Source: Naegleria gruberi
Taxonomy: Eukaryota
NCBI GenBank assembly: GCA_000004985.1
Contig: GG738850.1
DNA length: 64,000 nt
Strand: one strand, 5' to 3'
The notes under the pieces are model-generated. The model searched no databases and was not told the DNA's origin. It saw only the letters and a list, made by a program, of their open reading frames with translations. How positions within the stretch are numbered: position 1 is the first letter of the stretch; each line of letters opens with the position of its first letter. Of this stretch, positions 54,259-63,007 are shown one piece after another. The position numbers were made by a program, and so were the translations under genes.

Positions 54259-56232
54259 TTTGTCTACAATCCTCTTAAGGTTATTTTTTGCGCTTGTGTA
54301 GCAATTGTCAATCTTGATTGCAGTTTCGAAATCAAATCTAGCTGCCTCCAGGTCTTCCATACATGTTTCGTATATACGACCCCTCATATTGAAAAGCACA
54401 GCGTTGGAAGGATCATTTGCTATTGCTTGATTAATGATGCTTAATCCTGTTTTGTGGTCTTTTAATTTGTAGCAATACAAGTTAGCACGATTTAAAAATA
54501 CATGGACTGATTTCGAATCATACTTATCAGTGATTAAACTATAATCCTTAAGTGCTTGTTGATAGTTTTGCATATCCTCGTAACATAATGCTCTTATGAA
54601 ATGAGTAAGTGCTTTAAACGGTCTACAACTGTCATCCATATCATGTATTATTGAATCTAGGTCACTGAGGCAATTTTCATAATCCTTTTTGATTATTCTA
54701 TTGTACAGAACTCTTATCAACATAGATTCATCTTCAGTAGTAGTGTTAATATTTGCTTCTACCATATTTTCAATGAGTTTTTCGGTTATAGAGTGTGATT
54801 GCAGTTCCAAAACATCTATAATGGTCAAATATATTTTGAAGGAATCGTTAAGACTTCTAGAATTCCTTATTTCCTTTGATTTAGAGACAAGAATGTCCAA
54901 TATGTGAGTGTGAGATTTCTGAGCTGGTTTTTCTTTCTTGACATCTTTGAAAATTTTCTCTATTCTTTGTAAATTATCCTTCGCTTCCAGATTCTTTGGA
55001 TCAAGCTTTAATGCAAGAATGTAATCAAGCCTAGCTGATTCAAAATTTTTAAACCCAACTTCGAAAACCTTTCCTCTTCCAACCAAACAAGGTACTGAGC
55101 TGGCTTGTATTTTCAATGCTCGATTGTAATCTGCTAAAGCCATATCAAATTCACTAATCTTGAAGAATAATTGAGCTCTACTTAAAAATGCTGCAAAGTA
55201 ATCTGGAGATAGAATGATTGCATGATTGTAATCTCTCAATGCGCTTTCCCAGTCATCTAATGAATTCTTGTACAAATCTGCTCTGCATTTATAAAGCATT
55301 GCAATGTTAGGATGATTTTCAATACCAATATTTAAATCGTTGAGAGCTGCCTCTACTTGGTCTGATCTTTGTAATATTAATGATCTGGAAACATATGCTT
55401 TGTAATAGTCGTAATCCTCAATTATTTTTCCGAAATCCATTTTGGCTTCAGAATATCTTTTAAGATCAACGTAGCAACATCCCCTTATATAGTGTGTTAA
55501 ACATACAAGTAAATTGTGTTCACTTGTTTGGATTTCCAACAAATTAGTGCAGAAAGAAATGGTCTTGTGATTGTCCATTAAAATAGATCTGGAAAATATA
55601 GCACAACAAAATAAGGCAAGGGTGTAGTTTGGACTTTCTTTAACAGAATCCAAAAAGGAATACATATTATGTTCTTTGGAGTCCAGAATTGATATTTTCC
55701 TCTTCATTTCATTGTATATTTGTTCAGCTTTTGAGCATTCTGTTTGTACAATTATTTCATTTGATAAAAAGAGCAAATAATCCACAGTCATTATTTCATC
55801 AGATGATGAGCTTGGTTTGGAATCATCATTTCTATCAACTCTTTTGGGAGTGTACTGTCTTGACCTTGCTGTTTCCTTAACTTCATCAGCAGCATCCTTC
55901 TTGATTTTTTCAATCAGTGCATCCTTCTTCTTTTCAACCATCTTCTTAGCTTCATTGATGATATTCTCGATTAGATTTTTAACAAGCCTTTCCTGTTCCT
56001 CAAAAATCTGTTTTACATTTGTATCCTTACTAAGTTCTGCTTGCTTTTCCAATTCCTCGATCATTTCATCAATATTATATTTAGGTTGCTCCTCTTCCAT
56101 CAAAACTTCTGGTTGATCACTTGCTCTCAACTCCTCTAGCTTTTTCGTATATTCCTGTTCGGTAAGAAATCCCTCCCTTAGTAGTGTGTTGAGAAGTATT
56201 TCCGAACTGGGACCTTCAGTATTGTTGTTCAT
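54244..56232 (-). CDS. Tetratricopeptide-repeat protein with a Lys/Glu-rich coiled-coil N-terminus, about 660 aa
   Basis: ATG at 56232 (the track start at 56253 is TTG). Multiple 34-aa TPR-like units (W..A..DY..AL...P....A...RA.....). Its 3' end overlaps the DNMT2 3' end by 15 nt on the opposite strand. Confidence 0.65.
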   Translation of the reverse strand: MNNNTEGPSSEILLNTLLREGFLTEQEYTKKLEELRASDQPEVLMEEEQPKYNIDEMIEELEKQAELSKDTNVKQIFEEQERLVKNLIENIINEAKKMVEKKKDALIEKIKKDAADEVKETARSRQYTPKRVDRNDDSKPSSSSDEIMTVDYLLFLSNEIIVQTECSKAEQIYNEMKRKISILDSKEHNMYSFLDSVKESPNYTLALFCCAIFSRSILMDNHKTISFCTNLLEIQTSEHNLLVCLTHYIRGCCYVDLKRYSEAKMDFGKIIEDYDYYKAYVSRSLILQRSDQVEAALNDLNIGIENHPNIAMLYKCRADLYKNSLDDWESALRDYNHAIILSPDYFAAFLSRAQLFFKISEFDMALADYNRALKIQASSVPCLVGRGKVFEVGFKNFESARLDYILALKLDPKNLEAKDNLQRIEKIFKDVKKEKPAQKSHTHILDILVSKSKEIRNSRSLNDSFKIYLTIIDVLELQSHSITEKLIENMVEANINTTTEDESMLIRVLYNRIIKKDYENCLSDLDSIIHDMDDSCRPFKALTHFIRALCYEDMQNYQQALKDYSLITDKYDSKSVHVFLNRANLYCYKLKDHKTGLSIINQAIANDPSNAVLFNMRGRIYETCMEDLEAARFDFETAIKIDNCYTSAKNNLKRIVDKLSQK

Positions 56233-56375
56233 TTTTTTAAAATCTTTTTTCAAATTAAACGGCTAGTTATCAATAAGGGTTATGGAAAGTTTATTCATTG
56301 ATAAGGAACAAATATCGAATTGTGTTTACACCTTTAATTCTTGCTAAATATCACTCTCAGATGAACAAAATGATG

Positions 56376-56407
56376 TTTGCCGCCAAAACCCATACAATTT
56401 TTGCGCC
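56376..56407 (+). promoter_or_regulatory. Pair of E2F-like GC elements (TTTGCCGCCAAAA and TTTTTGCGCC) about 15-45 nt upstream of the CEP44 ATG
   Basis: Two GC-rich CGCC-core motifs in the AT-rich 188-nt divergent promoter between the TPR gene and CEP44. Confidence 0.3.
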
Positions 56408-56420
56408 AACTTTAAAAAAA

Positions 56421-57380
56421 ATGTCAACAGGGGATATTAAAAACAACGTTGAAAAATTAAGAACGCAATTAAGAAGTATTCATTATAATGGGAGTTTTGA
56501 TGTTGAGGGAATAATAAACGGAAAACCAGAAGTGTTTCTGCCGTTATTGAATTATACACTGCTGCAGTTTAGCAAATCTTTAGCCAAATTCTTTATACAA
56601 AAGGGATATTTATTCCATAATCTTTCCGATTCAAAGTTTATTGAAACTGTTTACCGATTATTAATTAACGAGTTTGCATACAATCCAAGTTTGAGCATTA
56701 TTTACTTCTTATCTAGCGGATTTTCAGAGAGAAAGGTCTTGTTCCTTTGTGATGTAATTCATTACTGTAAAAAAAAGCATAATGAATTGGTAAAGACTAA
56801 AAAGAAGAGCCTCTTTGAAAGAGGAAAGGAAAAGGAAAAAGATCATCCAAAGAAGACTGAGGAATCAAAATCTCAACAGCCAGAAGTACAAAAGAATATT
56901 CCTGATATTGTTAGAGAACCAAAGCATGTTGTTTTGGTCAGAAAAGAACCTGAATATCAACTAGATGTCGATGACTCGAACGTCGATACTACAGTATCTT
57001 CTGCTCTCAATGAGAGTGACATATTTATACGTGCTTTGAATGATCTTTCGCATAGAATGATGGATAGTATTCAAAAGCTTGACGATAAGGTTGACAAGAA
57101 TTTATCCAGTCTTAGAGACAGAGTATTTTTAGTGGAGAGAAGAGTTCAAGCTCTGGAAGAAAGTGCAAAACAGAAAGCTCAAAAGGAAGAAGCACTACAA
57201 CTAAATCCAACATCTCGAATTTCTCGATCGCCTGAAAGGATACCAAACACAAACCACATACCTCAACAATTTTTTACACCTGCAGTGAATCATGGCAGTC
57301 CGCCAATGCCAAAAAGGCAAATCAGCGACACTGAAGATTTTATCAACCAACTAGCTCAAAAACATAAAATAAAATTGTAA
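56421..57380 (+). CDS. CEP44: Centrosomal protein CEP44 homologue
   Basis: The N-terminal conserved CEP44 domain reads MSTGDIKNNVEKLRTQLRSIHYNGSFDVEGIINGKPEVFLPLLNYTLLQFSKSLAKFFIQKGYLFHNLSDSKFIETVYRLLINEFAYNPSLSIIYFLSSGFSERKVLFLCDVIHYCKKKHNEL, followed by a coiled-coil C-terminus. ATG at 56421; the track start at 56298 is upstream read-through. Confidence 0.7.
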   Translation: MSTGDIKNNVEKLRTQLRSIHYNGSFDVEGIINGKPEVFLPLLNYTLLQFSKSLAKFFIQKGYLFHNLSDSKFIETVYRLLINEFAYNPSLSIIYFLSSGFSERKVLFLCDVIHYCKKKHNELVKTKKKSLFERGKEKEKDHPKKTEESKSQQPEVQKNIPDIVREPKHVVLVRKEPEYQLDVDDSNVDTTVSSALNESDIFIRALNDLSHRMMDSIQKLDDKVDKNLSSLRDRVFLVERRVQALEESAKQKAQKEEALQLNPTSRISRSPERIPNTNHIPQQFFTPAVNHGSPPMPKRQISDTEDFINQLAQKHKIKL

Positions 57381-57381
57381 T

Positions 57382-59956
57382 TTATTGTAAAAACTTTTCA
57401 AGTTGAGATTCTTGTGATTTTTCAGCATCTTCTGCTCTTAACACCTCAATTGAACCCTTACTATCACCAACCAACACAATTGGAACATCTTCAGCGAATA
57501 TTGTGCAATTCAGCTTTCCAGGTTTTGTCTTGGAATATTTTGGTCTAACTGTTGAATAGCTCAAATCCCAAAGCTCCAAATCTCCAACAATGGATGAAGT
57601 AGCAAACATTGTCGAGCAATACTTACTCCAAGCAACATCTGTCACAGAGTAAGAACGTTGATCACTCTTCTCAGAGTATGACTCGATAGTAAATATTGGT
57701 GTTAATGATTCTTGATTCCATATCTTCACTGTCCAGTCAGCACTACAAGAAATAAACATGTCAGGAACGACAGGATTCCATCTCACAGAGTAAACAGGAC
57801 CTGTGTGATCAATGTATGTTTCAAGAGGGTGTTCATTATATGAGCTAGAGCACTTGAAGATAGCACCATCTTCTGTACCAACAAGATAAATCAAATTGTC
57901 AGAAGGTGAGAAATCAATACTCATACCACCCGATTCTCTTGAAATCATGGCATCTCCTCCCATATCTGTTGCTCTTCCTATTCTCTTCAATCTCATTATT
58001 TCTGATGATTCCAAACCTTTCTTAATTGTCCATGAATTTACTCTACCATCTACACCAACCGAGTGCAATTTCTCGCCAACATCCTTTCCTCGATTTACCC
58101 ATTTTAGATCCCAAACTGTACCTGTATGACTCTTAATAGTTTCCATTACTGGCGTATTTTCCTTTCTTCTGATATCGTAAATTGATACAGTACCATCACT
58201 TAAACCAGCTGCCAAAATACTAGGATTAGTGGCAGAGAAATTTACACTGTTAACACCAGCTCCATCTACCTTAAGAATACGTTCTGGGTAGGCTGGATTC
58301 TTAACATTCCAACAGAGAATGACACCATTAGATTGATGTAAATCAGTAACATCTCCAGATCCATAAGCTGCTGCCAGTATGTCATTATTCTGCTTATTCC
58401 ATGTGAGGTTGTTGACATTGTAGTTTTTAACCACATCACAATTATATTCCCAAAGAGTTGTGAGAACTCCTGATGGTTTAGTGTTGACAACATCTTCTTC
58501 AGTATCACTTTCAGCCTTATCTTTTTCTTCATCCTCCCTTTCCTTTTCTTTTTCGTCCTCTCCTTTAGCAACTTCTTCCTCTTCGAAAGTGTCACTTCTT
58601 GGAGTTTCTTGAGAGTCGTTTGGCGATTTTGAGGCAACCTCCTCTTGAACTTCTTTAGTTTCAGATTGTTCTTCAGGAAGTGGTAATAAAGGCACATCTC
58701 TATCATCTGCATTAATGTATCGTTTTTGTCTGTTATGGAATATATTTTGTACAACTGCTCTTGTTATTACAAGTTCTTGGTAGGATGAAACAGATGTCTT
58801 TTCGCTGCCAACTCTTCCACTCTTAACACTGATATCATCAGCTCCATCATCCTCCAAATCTCCTTCTTCCTCGTCTTCCTCATCTTGCTTGTTTGATAGT
58901 GAGGTCATTATTTCCCTTTCTTCCCTTTCTCGTTCTTCTCTTTCTCGAATATCTTTATAATCATCAAATATTTGATAAGCTGAAACTTGAACTTCAACTT
59001 CTTCGTATTCTGTCTTCGAAGTGTTTGTTCTCTTGTTTTTGTAAAACTTTTCCATTGTTTGTACATGTTTATCCATATAATTATCTCTATTATTTTCCTT
59101 ATTTTTCAGCAATTCCTTATAGACCTTGTTTTTTTCTCTAATTTCTTCAATCTTAGGATCGTCAACCTTTACACTCTCATCAAATTTATCAAACAGGAAA
59201 AATGTTTCAGTTTCTGTTAAGGATATAGTAAAATCCACTTCTTGTAACATTTCCAATTGTTTTTCAGTTAATTTTTCCTCGTTGGAACGATCCAAACTTA
59301 TTGAAGGAACGTCACTCTTTTTAATAAAACTATCCACTGCTCCAATATTATCCAAATCTTGAGCTAAACTCAAATCTACAGATCCAGCAGTGCTGAAAGT
59401 GTCATCATTACCCACAGGACCACTGAACACAAATGACTCCTCATCGTCACTCACAACAGATGGACTTGATGAGCCAGCTTGACTAGCCTCTCCTTGAGGA
59501 ATATCTCTTCCGAAACTGTATGAAGAAGCTCTATCAAAATCAGAAATTGATTCACTCTAAAACAATATTAAATACAATTCCATCTTATTAAAAACCTACT
59601 GCTGATGAAGGAGAAATATTTCCCGATTGATATGATCCTGCCATATCTGCTGATGTATTTTGAGAGAATAATGGTGCAGGATTTTTGATTTGTTTTGTTA
59701 CTGGGTCAACAGCATCAAATGAATCCTTAGTTTTTCCTAGCATTGTTTGAAATCTCTTCTTCATTCCTTGAAGAGTAATTGATGATCCAACATTCTTTTT
59801 TCCAAATCCTTTTTTCGAATCGGATTTTCTTGATTTTGATGTTCTCGATGTTGACGACCCTGTATTGAGTTGAGTGGACATTCTACGAGATTCCCTGTTT
59901 GTAGAACTGCCTGCTCTAGAGGACGTTGGTGGATCTTGGAATGGGTTTCTATTCAT
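57382..59956 (-). CDS. WD40-repeat dynein intermediate-chain-like protein of about 843 aa, likely axonemal (inner-arm IC138/WDR78-like). Two exons: 59956..59600 and 59556..57382.
   Basis: Exon 1 (ATG at 59956) is Ser/Arg/Lys-rich. A GTAGGT donor at 59599 and a TTTTAG acceptor at 59557 (43-nt intron, phase 0) follow. The C-terminal half has WD40 blades with the dynein-IC signature (SIDFSPSDNLIYLVGTEDGAIFKCSSSYNE...YIDHTGPVYSVRWNP...FISCSADWTVKIWN). Its stop is 1 nt from the CEP44 stop. Confidence 0.65.
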
Positions 59957-60023
59957 TTTTTTTTGTAGATAAAATTGGCGGTAAATTTTGAACCAACAAT
60001 AATGACAAAATTGTGTTTTTAAT

Positions 60024-61319
60024 TTAGAAAGCAGCAAGACCAGTAATGCTTCTACCTAAAATCAAAGCATGGATATCATGAGTTCCTTCGTAAGTATTTA
60101 CAGATTCAAGATTGGCAGAATGTCTAATAATATGATATTCATCAGCAATACCATTACCACCCAACATATCTCTACAAACTCTGGCAATTTCAAGAGCTTT
60201 ACCAGCATTATTTCTCTTCAACATTGAAATCATTTCAGGAGCCCATTCACCCTTATCCTTAAGTCTACCCAATTGAACACATGAAACAAGTCCTAAAGAA
60301 ATTTCAGTAAGCATGTCAGCCATCTTCTTTTGTGGCAATTGATTTTGAGCAAGTGGTCTACCAAATTGCTTTCTATCAATTTGATATTGACGAGCAGTGT
60401 GGAAACAGTATTCAGCTGCACCCAAAGCTCCCCAAGCAATACCATATCTAGCACTATTTAAACAAGAGAATGGACCACCAAGACCAGAAGCATGAGGCAA
60501 CAAATTTTCAACTGGAACATGGACATCATCCATACCAATTGAACCTGTAATTGAAGCTCTGAGAGACATCTTTCCTTCAATCTTTGGTGCAGTGAGACCC
60601 TTCATTCCCTTTTCAAGAATGAAACCTTTAATTTTACCTTCGTGTGCTTCACTTCTAGCCCAAACAACGAAAATATCAGCAATTGGTGAGTTAGTAATCC
60701 ACATCTTTGAACCATTCAAAATATAATATTTTCCACATTGTGATAACTTGGCTTTTGTTTCCATACTACTTGGATCCGATCCGTGATTTGGTTCAGTTAA
60801 TCCAAAACAACCAATTAATTCACCAGTAGCAAGTTTTGGCAAATACTTTTGCTTTTGTGCTTCATTACCCCATTGGTTAATAGGATGCATAACAAGGGAG
60901 CTTTGAACAGACATTGCAGAACGATAACCACTATCAACTCTTTCAACTTCACGAGCAACAAGTCCATAAGCAACATTTGAAGCACCAGCACAACCATGTC
61001 CATGAATATTGATACCTAACATACCCATTTCACCCATTTCTCTCATAATTTCAGGGTCAAAATGTTCCTTTCTATTGGCTTCCAAAACTCTTGGCATGAG
61101 TTTTGCTTGACAGTAACCATGGACTTGATCACGAATTTCCTTTTCTTCTTCGGTGAGCAAACTTTCAACATTAAGTGGGTCTTTCCAGTTGAAGCTAACC
61201 ATAACTTCCTTGTGTTGGGTTGCGTTTGTTGAAAAACATCTGGAGTTATTGCTGATGAGTGATGCAAGACCGGACTTGTTGGAATTTTTGGTGATGACTT
61301 TTCTAGCTGATGAAAGCAT
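60024..61319 (-). CDS. GCDH: Glutaryl-CoA dehydrogenase, mitochondrial (acyl-CoA dehydrogenase family)
   Basis: [94 protein letters not shown] and the C-terminal ACAD domain with [21 protein letters not shown] at 61319 gives a mitochondrial presequence ([21 protein letters not shown]...). The upstream ATG at 61403 adds an acidic, hydrophobic stretch and is less likely. Confidence 0.9.
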   Translation of the reverse strand: MLSSARKVITKNSNKSGLASLISNNSRCFSTNATQHKEVMVSFNWKDPLNVESLLTEEEKEIRDQVHGYCQAKLMPRVLEANRKEHFDPEIMREMGEMGMLGINIHGHGCAGASNVAYGLVAREVERVDSGYRSAMSVQSSLVMHPINQWGNEAQKQKYLPKLATGELIGCFGLTEPNHGSDPSSMETKAKLSQCGKYYILNGSKMWITNSPIADIFVVWARSEAHEGKIKGFILEKGMKGLTAPKIEGKMSLRASITGSIGMDDVHVPVENLLPHASGLGGPFSCLNSARYGIAWGALGAAEYCFHTARQYQIDRKQFGRPLAQNQLPQKKMADMLTEISLGLVSCVQLGRLKDKGEWAPEMISMLKRNNAGKALEIARVCRDMLGGNGIADEYHIIRHSANLESVNTYEGTHDIHALILGRSITGLAAF

Positions 61320-61904
61320 CTTGGTGGTGATTTGAAATTTTTTAATTGTTGTAATTTTAATTTCAATTCGATAGACCACCTCAAGCACAACATTATCCTG
61401 CATGAAGCTTCAACGGATATTGAGTGAAGCTCATTTTTGATTGAGGTGATTCTATTCAACCCCAAAGAGGTAGTTAGTTTTGGAACAACCCCAGCCGCTC
61501 ATTCAGGTTTACATTAAGAATAAACTTTTAAATTGCTGCACTAGTTCCTTACTTGATGACATATCATTTGCCTTGTCCATTAGTATGAATAATTTGACAC
61601 GATTAATATCTCAAGGAACATTTCTGAATTTCTAACAAGTGCAAATGGATATTTGAAATTGAGAGAAGTTTCAAATCTAAATTGTAATACTGAGTGCAGA
61701 GGAACAACGCTTCATCTTTTAATATATTTCCTTATTATCTTTTTTGTAATAAAAAATTAAATTTAAATTGAGAATATTAAATATTTTAGTTTTTTTACAT
61801 GCTATTTGGAGTTAGCTAGCTTACAATGTACAGTTTGAATTGAAATGATGATGACGTTGTTGTTGTTGTATTCAAACCTCCAATCCAAAAAAAGTTTGAT
61901 TAAT

Positions 61905-62339
61905 TTAAACTCGGTGGAAATTAACATTAATACCAAAAGCCTTTTCAGCTGATGCGTGAGCATCGTCTGATGGCAAGCTTTCTGACATTGTTGGATCGCA
62001 CAAGAAATCCTCAAATTCAATATTTTCATCGTCTCCCATTAATACACTCAAGCCAACTTTGTTTGATTGAAGTGATGGCAATCTTAAAGAAGCACCGAAT
62101 ATCTTTTTTTGCATCTCCATATGCATAGGCATATGACTTCCGAAGTTTCTAGCCATAATAAAGTATTGTCTCTTCAATTCATCTTTTTCATACTAAAATA
62201 TACAATCATCACAAGATCAAATAATTATTCTACCTACCTTCCTGAGCACTGATTCAACAGGATGAGAAATTGGTGTGGCAACTCTTTGGGTACCAGTGGA
62301 AACATTAACGGATGGAGGATCTAATGGGATTTGGTTCAT
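61905..62339 (-). CDS. UMP1: Proteasome maturation factor UMP1/POMP. Two exons: 62339..62238 and 62192..61905.
   Basis: Exon 1 (MNQIPLDPPSVNVSTGTQRVATPISHPVESVLRK) was missed by the ORF track. GTAGGT donor at 62237 and TTTTAG acceptor at 62193 (45-nt intron, phase 0). Exon 2 carries UMP1-like motifs (ARNFGSHMPMHMEMQKKIFG...LRLPSLQSNKVGLSVLMGDDENIEFEDFL). Confidence 0.75.
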
Positions 62340-63007
62340 TTTTTATGATTTGATTAAATGACGCAAGTTATTTTTAGCATCCATTTTACGTAAATACAAT
62401 TTTTCAGAGGTGTAGAATCGAACACTTGACCTTTGCAAACAAGAATTTAAATTAAAATATTTATTATTAAATCATTGTTAGTAGTGACCTGATGGTAAAA
62501 CATTGAACTCTTGGGTGTTCACAGTTAAAAAAAAAAGTTAAATGAAGGAGTATAACTGTGATGAATCAGAGTCTAGAATTCCAAAACTCATCAGATACTT
62601 TATTAATCCTTATAATATTATTATAAGGGTGGGCTCATTTGTTGAGCGAATTGTTTATTAACTCTAAATAAGGTTGTTTACAGTTCAGTAAAGTATCTCC
62701 ATTTTCTAGGTCAGTGACTTTTTAAGCCTCTAGACGGTTCAAATACATTGGCTGTATCTTCAATAATGACTCTAGACATTGTATCCAACACACAATTTTC
62801 ACACAAAGCCAATCCAATCATTGGTAATACTTTGCATGAGGGAAGTGTAAGGGTTTCATTTTCTGTAGAATACATGTTGTAATCTTTGTTTCACACAGAG
62901 GTTGTTGTGTTGAAAAATGGACTTGAACGCACTGCATTCATTATTTGCGCTCTCCTTTGAAAACAATTTGGCTAATTTGAATTTTTGAAAAATTTATTGC
63001 ATAAAAA

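Noticed and set aside
61320-61403. Upstream in-frame ATG at 61403 as the GCDH start
   Set aside because: It would add an acidic, hydrophobic stretch ([28 protein letters not shown]) before a textbook mitochondrial presequence. The ATG at 61319 gives a clean presequence start.
62395-62445. tRNA-like B-box (GTTCGATTC) on the minus strand near 62410-62420
   Set aside because: No complementary acceptor stem, no A-box/D-arm and no T-stem pairing could be built around it. This is a chance match.
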